Source: a virus (lineage: Duplodnaviria; Caudoviricetes). From it: a DNA stretch of 64,000 bases. Below the pieces are notes generated by a model. It had not been told where the DNA came from and searched no databases. It was given only the letters and a program-made list of their open reading frames with translations. Both the position numbers and the translations under genes were made by a program. This document shows, in pieces, positions 41,216-51,745 of the stretch. Within the stretch, counting starts at the first letter, position 1; each line of letters opens with the position of its first letter. The stretch covers positions 96,001 to 160,000 of IMG/VR virus record IMGVR_UViG_2751185671_000004; one strand, given 5' to 3'.

Positions 41216-42799
41216 GTGGAAAAACTCACCCACCCCGATGGCACTCAAAGTATTAAACGCTATCTTCCTGGTGGGGCTTTAGTCACCATTAAATTAGACA
41301 GTGCGGGTAGTCGTGTTAATCAAGAGACTCAATACCTCCATAAAGATCACTTGGGATCATTGGATGTAATTACCAATGCAATGGGCACTATTGCGCAAGA
41401 CGAAAGTGGTAGAGATCTCGTTTTCAGCTTTGATGCGTGGGGACAAAAACGTGCGGCGCTAGATTGGTCGACCTTAATGGATAACGCGTTAAGTGATTTT
41501 AATACGCTGGTGGTCACCTCCCCTATTACACGGGGTTTTACCATGCACGAGCATTTGGATGCAGTGGGCTTAATTCATATGAACGGCCGTATTTACGATC
41601 CAAGGCTTGGCCGTTTTATGCAAGCCGATCCCTTTGTGCAAGCAGCGAGTAATACGCAAAGTTACAACCGGTATAGTTATGTGTTTAATAATCCCCTTAA
41701 TGCCACCGACCCTAGTGGGTATTTTAGTGTGGGTGGATTTTTAGGCGCAGTACAAACAATCGTAACCGCCATCGCCGCCATTTATTGCCAAGCGTGCATT
41801 CCCTATATTTCCGCCGCATTTGGGGCAGTACACGCCGCACGAGCCGGCGGTGATTTAGGGGATATTGCCCGTGCCGCCGTCAGTAGCTACGCCTCGGCCA
41901 GTATTACTTCTTCATATTTAGCCGATGGCTTTTCATGGGAAGGCTTACTTCAAGTCGCGGTAGCCGGCGGTATTACCAACGTGCTCAATAACGGCAAATT
42001 TGGCCATGGATTTATCAGCGCCGGTGTCGGCACAGCGCTAGGAGGGAAACTCGCGCCAGTCGCCAACGAAACGACGAATAACATATTAAAAGGCCTTGGC
42101 AGTATCGTGCTTAGTGGTACAATTTCCAAAGCAACCGGTGGGAAGTTTGCTAATGGGGCGGGCAGTGCCGCTTTTGCTTGGGCGGTTAGGGCTGGGATAA
42201 GTTCTCGGCAGTCTGTTCTACAAGATAGCGGTCATGGCAATACGCCTATAGGAGAATGCGCTTCAAAGGGCAAATGCCATTTTAATGATTTTACACCCGA
42301 AGAAAGAGCTGCGATTCAAAAGAAAATTGATACTCTTTCTGTAGACTTACAAAACAAACCTTTTAATTCTACAGAAGACGCAGCCATTGCTTTACATGAG
42401 TCAGGTTTAGTTGAATATGGTAGTGAGCTAGGCATAGAACTTTGGGCAAAAATAGATGATCAAAATAATATATATGAAGTTTCAACAGGTTTTGATCATA
42501 GTGCAGCTATTGGTGCAACTGAAACTTTACCCTATAAGCATAGTGCTTGGCATACTCATCCAAGCGGTAACTGGGTTCATGCTGGAGATTTGGAAGCAAT
42601 AATAAATAGAGGTGGAGCCGCTGTATTTGCTTCTGGAAGAGAGCTTAGTAGGATGAGAAATCCTAATTTTGATCCAGCTACGAGAATTGGTAGTGGGTCG
42701 CTTAAAGATTTTTCAAGATATAGAAGATCAGTAGGCAAATTTAAATTTGAAGTTTATAACGATGGACTATGGGATACTTATGAAACACGTGGCCACTAA
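41216..42799 (+). CDS. Orphan Rhs module 2: core plus CT with WHTHP (JAB/DUF4329-like) motif
   Basis: Core duplicate; DPSG; IELW...WHTHPSG...GDL. Confidence 0.8.
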   Translation: MEKLTHPDGTQSIKRYLPGGALVTIKLDSAGSRVNQETQYLHKDHLGSLDVITNAMGTIAQDESGRDLVFSFDAWGQKRAALDWSTLMDNALSDFNTLVVTSPITRGFTMHEHLDAVGLIHMNGRIYDPRLGRFMQADPFVQAASNTQSYNRYSYVFNNPLNATDPSGYFSVGGFLGAVQTIVTAIAAIYCQACIPYISAAFGAVHAARAGGDLGDIARAAVSSYASASITSSYLADGFSWEGLLQVAVAGGITNVLNNGKFGHGFISAGVGTALGGKLAPVANETTNNILKGLGSIVLSGTISKATGGKFANGAGSAAFAWAVRAGISSRQSVLQDSGHGNTPIGECASKGKCHFNDFTPEERAAIQKKIDTLSVDLQNKPFNSTEDAAIALHESGLVEYGSELGIELWAKIDDQNNIYEVSTGFDHSAAIGATETLPYKHSAWHTHPSGNWVHAGDLEAIINRGGAAVFASGRELSRMRNPNFDPATRIGSGSLKDFSRYRRSVGKFKFEVYNDGLWDTYETRGH

Positions 42800-43325
42800 A
42801 TTTTTCGTATTATTTTTATTTTTTAATTTTAGTAATTCACTTGCCTATGAAAAAAATATTGAAGATACCAGTTATTTTTCTGAAAAAGACTCAATTGCAT
42901 TTGTACTAAAATTAAGTGGGAAAATTGGATGCGGATATTTTAATTCACTCCTGCATAAAAATCATATATCTACAACTCATAACTGTGATAAAAAGCTAAT
43001 TCAGAATAGATTGGATAATTTAAGTAAGGATATAAAATACGAATCTTTTCTCATTGTAAATAATATAAGAGGCAAGTTTCAGCCAGGACAAATAATCAAA
43101 GTGCCTTACGACAGAAACCCTGGCCCATCGACCTTACAGACAGGTGAAGAGGGTGTTATATTTTTTAAAAAATTGACTCATGAGGGTAGAGACATTTATT
43201 TGTATAGCAGCTGTGATGTTTTTTACTCAGAAGATATGGTAGATTATTTCTCTTCACAGGAAAACTATAGTAAAGATACTTTGATTGATTACATTATTAA
43301 CAAAAAACTTTCTAGTTGTAGCTGA
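42747..43325 (+). CDS. Immunity protein of orphan module 2 (exported)
   Basis: Overlapping start (likely ATG 42780), signal peptide. Confidence 0.65.
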   Translation: MKFITMDYGILMKHVATKFFVLFLFFNFSNSLAYEKNIEDTSYFSEKDSIAFVLKLSGKIGCGYFNSLLHKNHISTTHNCDKKLIQNRLDNLSKDIKYESFLIVNNIRGKFQPGQIIKVPYDRNPGPSTLQTGEEGVIFFKKLTHEGRDIYLYSSCDVFYSEDMVDYFSSQENYSKDTLIDYIINKKLSSCS

Positions 43326-43351
43326 CTAATTAACAGACAATACAACTATCC

Positions 43352-43380
43352 AAAGCCCTAGTTAACTAGGGCTTTTTATT
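43352..43380 (+). terminator. Module terminator
   Basis: AAAGCCCTAGTTAACTAGGGCTTTTT. Confidence 0.8.
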
Positions 43381-43845
43381 TTTTGCATTTCAGGCTACAT
43401 AATTTACAATCTAACTGTTGATGACCAAATTGGCATAGTAGTTTTGGCCAATTTGTTGGTCGTAGTATGTGTTAAAAATAAGTAAGCGGTGGACTAACTC
43501 CACAATTTTAGTTAGGTGTAGCGTCCCACTTTACTCTCATACTTTGAACCAAATTATTCATCATACGATTGCCGTATAAATGCACAGTATTACCCCATTA
43601 CTATCGTACACTAAAATAGCAGTACCACATTATTATCATACTTCTTTCCACACTCGCATCATAACCTTTGTGGATAACTATTTTTGATAACGAGAAGTCG
43701 AAAAAAAAGGGGGTTCGCCCCTTCATGATGTTTGTTTTAATGCTAGCGCAGCGAGCATTAAAAAGACCGGGTGAAGTCGTCAATAGAAGAAGAATGATAT
43801 TCCTCTTTGATGTCCACGCCCGTTTTGTTTTAAGCCACTTGCTGC

Positions 43846-45319
43846 TTGGGCACTCAAAGTATTAAACGCTATCTTCCTGGTGGGGCTTTAGTCACCATTA
43901 AATTGGATGCATCAGGTACACGTGTTAATCAAGACACTCAATACCTCCATAAAGATCACTTGGGATCGTTGGATGTAATTACCAATGCAATGGGCACTAT
44001 TGCGCAAGATAATAGCGGACGCGATTTAGTCTTTAGCTTTGATGCGTGGGGACAAAAACGTGCGGCGTTGGATTGGTCGACCTTAATGGATAACGCGTTA
44101 AGTGATTTTAATACGCTGGTGGTCACCTCCCCTATTACGCGGGGTTTTACCATGCACGAGCATTTGGATGCGGTGGGCTTAATTCATATGAATGGCCGCA
44201 TCTACGATCCAAGACTCGGCCGTTTTATGCAAGCTGATCCGTTTATTCAAGCAGCAAGTAATACGCAAAGTTATAACCGATATAGCTACATTAACGGCGA
44301 TCGTGGCTGTGTCTTGTCAAGCCTGTTTGCCTGCGCTTGCAGGAATGTTTGGTGCGTTGGATGCCGCCATTGCCGATGGTAATTTAGGGGATATCGCTTT
44401 GTCGGCAGTCAGCAGTTATATATCAGCCAGTATCACCTCCTCATTTCTCGCTGAAGAATTTTCCTGGACGGGACTGCTTAAAGTCGCTGTGGCCGGCGGT
44501 ATTACCAGCCTGCTCAATAACGGCAAATTTGGGCATGGATTTATTAGCGCCGGTGTTGGCACAGCGCTAGGAGGGAAACTCGCGCCAGTCGCCAACGAAA
44601 CGGCGAATAACATATTAAAAGGCCTTGGCAGTATCATGCTTAGTGGTACAATTTCCAAAGCAACAGGAGGGAAGTTTGCAAATGGAGCGGGAAGTGCTGC
44701 GTTCGTTTGGGCTGTTAGGGCTGGGATTCGGGGAGAGACCACAGCCCCCCTAGCGCCACAAACTGGCGGTGTTTCGGATCTGTCTATGGATTGGACTGCC
44801 GATGATATTGTAAGAGTATCTTCGGAGTCTGAATTTGCTCGTAAGTTAATGAGTAGTTTGAAAGTTAACGTCGAAATTGTCAACGACAAAACTACATCAA
44901 GTAAATATGATCTAAGTGAAAATACTATTATAGTTAATAGGCGAACTTCGAGGACTTTAGGTGCTGCCCTTAAAACATTCGCTCATGAGTTAGGGCATGT
45001 TTACCAACATGCAAATAATATTAATGTTACAAGAGGTGCTAGAAGAGAGCCTAACCGTCAAAGATACATTGATGTAAGGATAAGAAATGAAGCAGCAGCA
45101 ACAGCGTATGCCGCAGAAATTTATAAACAGCTAGGTAAGTTTGAAAGCCTAAGTTTTCCTCCAGTGCCAGTTAATGTAGATGCTTTTCTTGGGATGAATA
45201 TTCAACAAAGAACAGATTACTTAATCCCCAGTTACTATAATGGGAAAATAAATAATCGTTTTGGTTCCTATGTCGACTATTATGGAAATTCTTGGGATAG
45301 GGCTAATGGGGTAGATTGA
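43846..45319 (+). pseudogene. Orphan Rhs module 3, frameshifted; HEXXH metallopeptidase CT
   Basis: About 86-bp deletion at about 44290 removes NPLNATDPSG; FAHELGH in ORF 44192-45319. Confidence 0.8.
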
Positions 45320-45963
45320 GAGCTTATATGATAAATATATTTAAACAAATGCTTTTTTTATTTGCATATTTCCAATGCACAGATTTATTCGCTGATGATT
45401 TAATAGGGTCTAAATTAAATGAACTAAAAAATAGGTCAAGCTTCCTTGAGTTTGTAAGTTCTTATGATAATTATGAAATAAAGAAATTTAAGTTGGGGTG
45501 CCTTAAAATTGAAGGCTTTTATGAGGTTTTAGCATTTGGCGAAGACTACGAGAGAATTCCAGGGTTTGTTTTTTATTTTGATGCAGAGTATTTTGGGATC
45601 GTGACAGAAAGCATTTCTGTTCTTAATGATGTACTCCTAAAGAAAAAAAGCCAATTTTTATATCAACCTGATGAATGCCTGACTGAAGATATTTTAAATC
45701 TTACAAGGCCTCAATATAGAATTTTCAAAATAATAAAAACGCCTGCCAATGCAGACAAATGGTTGCTGGAAAAGTTTGTGCCAAAAGATCAGAGCTCCTA
45801 CTTCAATAAGGTTGTGACGGATAAAGGTTTTAAACATGACTTAATTATACTTGATGGTACAAACCTTTATAGGCGAGAAGTCTTATTTGTAGATAAACGA
45901 GTAGAGTTCAATGACGTTTTAGTATCAAGAAATGCCGCAAAGATATACGATACACATAATTAA
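45316..45963 (+). CDS. Immunity protein of orphan module 3, paralog of 40293-40955
   Basis: C-termini FNDVLVSRNAAKIYDTHN versus FEDRLVVKNASKFFNPHD. Confidence 0.7.
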   Translation: MRAYMINIFKQMLFLFAYFQCTDLFADDLIGSKLNELKNRSSFLEFVSSYDNYEIKKFKLGCLKIEGFYEVLAFGEDYERIPGFVFYFDAEYFGIVTESISVLNDVLLKKKSQFLYQPDECLTEDILNLTRPQYRIFKIIKTPANADKWLLEKFVPKDQSSYFNKVVTDKGFKHDLIILDGTNLYRREVLFVDKRVEFNDVLVSRNAAKIYDTHN

Positions 45964-45985
45964 CGATAAACAAGCCAACCATATT

Positions 45986-46020
45986 AAGCCCTAGACTTTT
46001 ATCTAGGGCTTTTTATTTTT
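45986..46020 (+). terminator. Module terminator
   Basis: AAGCCCTAGA...TCTAGGGCTTTTT. Confidence 0.8.
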
Positions 46021-46104
46021 ACCTCTTACATTTTGTCTTACGTCTCACTTATCACATATTAACCCCCAAAAATTACCTCTCACCCTGATTTTCATTAGTG
46101 TATT

Positions 46105-46270
46105 AATACCACTTGGATCTACAAAAATAGCACCACTGGCACTCACCTTGGTGTGCTGCAAAATGTTGAAGATGTGATCAGCGGCTACCGCAAAGTATTT
46201 ATATACCATGCACTCACGCGCCGTAGTGAAACCGCCACCCATCTTACCGCTAAAGACCTGCATTATGAAT
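46105..46270 (+). pseudogene. Short Rhs core remnant
   Basis: Matches main Rhs about 32683-32850 (AGCACCACTGGCACTCACCTTGGTGTG...). Confidence 0.75.
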
Positions 46271-46863
46271 TTGAGAGAGTTGGGTATCGTCATGTGTGCG
46301 AGTGTTACGAGCATAGAAGATGAGCTTTTTTAGTGGCCAGGGCACCGCTAAGTCTATAGCGATGAGCGTCATATATATCTTAATATAATAACCAAAAACG
46401 GAAAAAACAAAGATATAGGAATACGAAACAAAAACAAATGAAAAAGTCATACAAAGAAAAATGTACGAACTTGAATATAATAGTGAAAATCTACTAACCG
46501 CGAACCACTCAATAATTTCTACTGCCAGCTAAACCCAGCGGGCTTGACACCCACCTAAACCAAATGATTATTTTGTATTCTCAAAAAAGATCTCAGACGT
46601 TCGAAGAATGTTTTACTAATTTTATCATTGATTTTGAAAATCGAAATACCATAGTGAATGAAATTATCAAAGGTAACATTTTTTAAGAGCCATACGATGT
46701 TCGAGTGAGAAAATAACAGCAAATATTAAACTATAAAAATAAAACAAAAACAGTATTTAAGTTAACTATATAATATATACCTAATACTACTCCTAACAAC
46801 ACGCAAAATTACCATCAAATCTTTTAACTAGCCTTCCCCACCAAGATCTCGCGGCTAAAAACC

Positions 46864-46890
46864 GAACTTTTTAATTCATTTAACTACCCA
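46864..46890 (+). promoter_or_regulatory. hrp-box-like ECF promoter
   Basis: GAACTT-N15-TACCCA. Confidence 0.5.
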
Positions 46891-46997
46891 TGGAATAACT
46901 TATTAAAGATACTTAACTTTATAAATTGTCTAATTTTTATAATGTTAATTGTATAACTTGATAATTAAATTAATCATAATTTTCAGGAGCTAATTAA

Positions 46998-47729
46998 TTG
47001 ATTTTAAGAAACACAATAAGTAATTTTTCTACATGCCCACAGTCCGGAAAAAATATAACCAACGGAAGCCAACCATCCATATTAAACTTCAAGCCAAAAG
47101 TTGAAGTGGCTACAGCGTTATTTGGTATTGCAAAAAGCAACTTGATTGAGCAGGCAGGCTATGAAGTTGGATATGCAACTGGGCCACACAAGAAAAGGCG
47201 TGAGGATACACGACCAAATTTAGAAAGTTTCGCATCGTTACATGGTAAAGATAATCGTCATATGGTTTTTTCAAAAGATGATGGTGAAGACCCAGCAATG
47301 GATAGAACAAAAACACTACTCGATACTTACGGAGTAAGAAATAAGAGTAAAAGAAGGTCTGTTTTTGCTCACGGGAGACGATCCGATGAAGTTCAGCAAA
47401 AAAAAGAGGGCGTAGTAAAGATTAAAGATAAAGACAAAATAATTGAATATAGCCCCTTAGAGTTTTCAGTCGCTGTCAAAAATAAGCTTCCCTCCCCAGC
47501 ATCTTCAAGAGGTAGCTCTATAGAAATAGGGGTATGTAATTCTACTATTAAGGGCGCTAATGGAGGCCCTTCAATAGCTCAAAGTTTGGCCAACATGACA
47601 CGAAGAAACGTACATGCACCAAGCCATGGCCCATCTGTGCTCAGAACGGATAAAAAGACAATGCAAGCAACCATAGTACCACAAGACCCAACTGCATATA
47701 TGCAAGTATTTAAACCTGCTCGCAAATGA
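46998..47729 (+). CDS. Effector-like protein with putative clan CD (C80-like) cysteine peptidase domain
   Basis: VFAHG...IEIGVCNS...IAQSLAN....VHAP His/Cys arrangement; AGGAG RBS. Confidence 0.5.
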   Translation: MILRNTISNFSTCPQSGKNITNGSQPSILNFKPKVEVATALFGIAKSNLIEQAGYEVGYATGPHKKRREDTRPNLESFASLHGKDNRHMVFSKDDGEDPAMDRTKTLLDTYGVRNKSKRRSVFAHGRRSDEVQQKKEGVVKIKDKDKIIEYSPLEFSVAVKNKLPSPASSRGSSIEIGVCNSTIKGANGGPSIAQSLANMTRRNVHAPSHGPSVLRTDKKTMQATIVPQDPTAYMQVFKPARK

Positions 47730-48514
47730 TGATATTGGGCAACCAAAATTATTTTCTTCACTATAATCGAGTATAAATTCGATACTAAAAAATACAATAA
47801 TTTATCCTTATGCCTACAAACAAAGATAGTTTTTACTCATATATAGGGTTTCCTCATATATAGGGTGTCCTCTTCGATATCCGATTTAACTCGGGTATCG
47901 AATTATGTTAGCAAGGCGCGGTGTCCAAAAAAATTGTTCGCCTTTAACTTCATACCCTTACCTCCGATTAAAGAATATAATCACCAGCGTATAAAAGATT
48001 ATTTTAATAATAGGAAAATTTCTTGTGTATTATCTTTTTTGTACTTAGAAAATATTAGTACCGCTATCTCAAGCTTACCAACCTCAGAAAAAAACACCGC
48101 TCAAACTCCAAGGCTGCCACTGCAGAAGGTATTTCCCCAAGTTAGCAGTATAAGTGTAAAGTAATAAAACAGAGAGAATAAAGAAGTCTTACACAGGTAT
48201 CTTTATCTGACAGCCATAAAAATTTCTTAATAAATCGCACTGGCAGTGTAACAAAATGTTATTCTCTAGATACAGCCTGTTACACATTCTTATATTCTAC
48301 TAATTGGTTAAGCATATAAAAACATACTTCAATCTAAATATCTTTGCGCTCTGCGTTAATTTATTTTTTGAAAGCTAATTAGTTTATACTTCATTTTTAT
48401 TACAAAATTTTAATCTAAAAAAGTTTATTGTTCATACTCGGTTCAGTTTAGTTTTATATCATCTTGCTGCTGTTAACCTGTTTTAACATCTATTTTTAAT
48501 ATTTCGAATTTTTT

Positions 48515-51412
48515 ATGAGAGCTTATTATATGCTTTTTAAAATATGTAAAAAGATTCTACCTGCAGCCGCCATATGCTGCACTGTATTGCAGACCCATGA
48601 TGCACATGCTATTAACGATCAAGTTGAAAAGAAAAAATTCAATAGTGAAAGAAAAACGAATAAAACTGTACGAAGTACTAGAGAATATTTTGTACGTTTA
48701 AATGTACTTCCACTTATTCCATGGACGAAAAACCATGAGAAAAACGCGGCAATCGTAACATCTCAAAGAAAAGTAGAATATGCTAACCAACTTAAGAAGC
48801 TAGTTGCAGACAAAATGGCAGAATTCGAATCTCAGGGTTTAGAGACGAGTGACGCTGTGGTATTAACAGATGTAGGTTTTAGTGTTTATGCTAAGGAAGA
48901 TGAAATTTTATCATTAAGCAAAAACCCTGGCATTAAATCTATCATTGCTAAACAGAAAGTAAAGTTCTATCGCGATCATAGCACTTCTTGGGTTGGTGGA
49001 GATCGTGCCCACGCAACTGGTATTACAGGGAAGGGTCAGGTAATTGCCATAATTGATTCAGGACTTGATTACACGCATAAAGATTTTTCTGGTGACGGTA
49101 GCTATTTAAATAATGATCCTAATATATTAGAACCGGATTCTTTTCCCACTCAGAGAGTAATCGCTGGCTATGACTTTGTTGGTGATGTTAAAGGCGATGA
49201 GGGGCCAAAACCTGATCAAGACCCAATGGATTTTGATGGACACGGAACCCATGTTGCCGGGATTGCTGCGGGAAATGGTATCGAAGGAATAATCGCTCCA
49301 GGTATCGCTCCGGGAGCAAGTTTGATGGGCTATAAAGTGGGTTCTGATAATGAGGACTCGGACACAGATGAAGGATTCTTCAATAAGGTCGCTAATGCTA
49401 TAGAATTGGCAATAGATCCAAATCAGGATGGCGATATGAGTGATTCAGCTGACGTTATTAACTTGAGCTTGGGAGAACCATTCGGTGATTTATTTGGTCC
49501 TGCAACCGTAGCTATAAAAAATGCTGTGGACAGTGGTGTTTCTGTTGTCCTCGCCGCAGGTAATTCTGGTAATAATGTGCGTTACGACATCAGTAATATT
49601 GGTGTTGCAGTTGAAGACTCTATTGTAGTTGCTTCCAGCGTACCTGGTAACGTACCCAAGATGTTTGTACCGTTAATATCTGATTCTGGAAAGCGTTTTG
49701 AGTTTTTTGCAACCTATGCCGACAAAACACTGGCACCAGCGTTGGATAAGATTATTGTGGGTGATATCACAATGGCAATACCTTTTGATGGATGTTCCAA
49801 GTTAAAGAACTCCCTGACAAATAAAATAGCCATGATTTCTGCAGATACAAAAAATTGCCAACTCAATGTTAAGTTGAGACATGCCTTACAAGCGAAGGCC
49901 GATGCCGTTGTGTTTGCAAGTACATTATCGAATCTGCCACAGGAACTAGAAGGTGATAGTGTAGTAAAAATTCCTACATTAATGATCTCATCACAAGATG
50001 CCTCACTATTGATTAACGAGTTAGGTAGTAATAAAGTTAGAGCTGAACTGGCAAAAACAAATGTCAAACTTTACGAAGCCGATGACAATATAATTTCAGA
50101 TTTTAGTTCTAGAGGCCCAGGGGCTACTGGGCTTTTTAAACCAGATATTTCTGCACCAGGATTTAATATAAATTCTACGCGGGCTCGTTCTGGCGATAAA
50201 ACCGAGGTGTTATCTGGTACTTCTATGGCTTCACCGCAAGTGGCTGGTATGGTAGCTTTATTGAAAGAAAAATTCCCTAATTTAAAGCCCTCTGCAATTA
50301 AAGCTATCATTCAAAATACTAGTACACCGGCAAAAGTACTTAACGTCCCCGAAGCAAGTCCACCTTTAAGTTTGCAGGGAACGGGTGTTATCAATATAGA
50401 GAAAGCACTTCAAGCTTCAAGTTATGCTTATCCGGGTGGCATTGGTTTTGGTTTTGTTAATCCCGAATACAATGCTTCAGCTACTCGTTATCTCACCATC
50501 ACTAATATGTCCGACACAGGGAAACGCTATACCATTCACCATGAACCAAATCAAACTTTACCTGGGGATGTTGTCTCAATAAGTATCAATAATGAAGTAT
50601 ATGTCAGCGCAGGTAGTACTCAAAAAATTCCAGTGAACTTGCATATTAATGCGCATGGTATACAAAATATTATGAGAAATGAAGTGGATGGTTGGTTTGT
50701 CATAAATAGCGGTGACGAAGTTATGCGAGTGGGCTATATGGCAGTGATTAGAGCTGCATCACGCCTAAACTTCAGCCAACACGGCGATATAGTAACACTC
50801 CGTAACGATGCCTTTGGCGATGCTATAGCGTATCCCTATACATTATCGCTAACACAAGACAAAAATGTAGAAGATGTTAACTCTATAAAAAGTATCGGTT
50901 TTCATAGTATTAGTGATCAAGCTATATTGATCGGTGTTAACGCTAGTAACGATTGGGCAAGCTTCGGGACAAAAGCCTTAGATATGTTAATCGATCATGA
51001 TGAAGATGGTAACGACGACTTCTTAGTAAGCGTAGCTCACCTATCATATTTCGGAGAAGAAGGTAATGATTTTGCCGTGAAAGTTGAAGATTTGGTAACG
51101 GAAAATGAATTTTTCTTTAGCCCTGCATACCCCGCTTTTAATAACTCCATTATAAGGTTTGCAATTCCTCAGGACTTTATGAAAAAAGGGGATACGAGTT
51201 TCAATTATAGAATTCGTATTAGAGATCGCTCTGTTTTAAACGAAGAAGGCTTTGTTGGTGGAAAAATAGATTTAACAAAACAGGTGAAATTTGCAGAACC
51301 TTCAATTACCATAAAGCCACAACAAGCGGCTTCGATAAAAGTCAGTGGTTCTGGAGAAAGCCTTTGGCTAACACCCACTGAGAAAAAAGGGCGTCGCTCG
51401 TTAGTCAGATAA
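48515..51412 (+). CDS. S8 subtilisin-like serine protease with PA domain (Vpr-like), secreted
   Basis: IIDSG, HGTHVAG, AAGNSG, KPDISAPG, GTSMASP. Confidence 0.92.
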   Translation: MRAYYMLFKICKKILPAAAICCTVLQTHDAHAINDQVEKKKFNSERKTNKTVRSTREYFVRLNVLPLIPWTKNHEKNAAIVTSQRKVEYANQLKKLVADKMAEFESQGLETSDAVVLTDVGFSVYAKEDEILSLSKNPGIKSIIAKQKVKFYRDHSTSWVGGDRAHATGITGKGQVIAIIDSGLDYTHKDFSGDGSYLNNDPNILEPDSFPTQRVIAGYDFVGDVKGDEGPKPDQDPMDFDGHGTHVAGIAAGNGIEGIIAPGIAPGASLMGYKVGSDNEDSDTDEGFFNKVANAIELAIDPNQDGDMSDSADVINLSLGEPFGDLFGPATVAIKNAVDSGVSVVLAAGNSGNNVRYDISNIGVAVEDSIVVASSVPGNVPKMFVPLISDSGKRFEFFATYADKTLAPALDKIIVGDITMAIPFDGCSKLKNSLTNKIAMISADTKNCQLNVKLRHALQAKADAVVFASTLSNLPQELEGDSVVKIPTLMISSQDASLLINELGSNKVRAELAKTNVKLYEADDNIISDFSSRGPGATGLFKPDISAPGFNINSTRARSGDKTEVLSGTSMASPQVAGMVALLKEKFPNLKPSAIKAIIQNTSTPAKVLNVPEASPPLSLQGTGVINIEKALQASSYAYPGGIGFGFVNPEYNASATRYLTITNMSDTGKRYTIHHEPNQTLPGDVVSISINNEVYVSAGSTQKIPVNLHINAHGIQNIMRNEVDGWFVINSGDEVMRVGYMAVIRAASRLNFSQHGDIVTLRNDAFGDAIAYPYTLSLTQDKNVEDVNSIKSIGFHSISDQAILIGVNASNDWASFGTKALDMLIDHDEDGNDDFLVSVAHLSYFGEEGNDFAVKVEDLVTENEFFFSPAYPAFNNSIIRFAIPQDFMKKGDTSFNYRIRIRDRSVLNEEGFVGGKIDLTKQVKFAEPSITIKPQQAASIKVSGSGESLWLTPTEKKGRRSLVR

Positions 51413-51421
51413 TTTAGTGCG

Positions 51422-51745
51422 TATAGACTGGTCTGACCACGACCATATCTGACATATTTCTTTGAAAAATAGAGAGTTACCCGTTTTGATAAAGGTACGA
51501 ATCTTAAATCAAAACAAAGGTAACTCTCATGTTGCATACTAACAACCTACTATAAAACACAAAATCGGTTTACTTAATCTAGCACAAGAATTAAGTAATT
51601 TGGCTAAAACCTGTAAAGTGATGGGCGTATCACTTAATACATCTTACCGCTAACAAAAACTTTCTGAAGACGACGACCTTAATCAACTGAATAATAACAA
51701 CCGACGCACACTGAGTATGAAGAATCACGTTGATTCTGCCGATTA
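51422..51745 (+). mobile_element. IS481 family transposase relic
   Basis: From ATG 51529: MLHTNN...KHKIGLLNLAQELSNLAKTCKVMGVS with frameshift and stops. Confidence 0.65.

Noticed and set aside
33765-44153. Four near-identical 65-aa minus-strand ORFs (MVKPRVIGEV...)
   Set aside because: Antisense shadows of the duplicated Rhs core.
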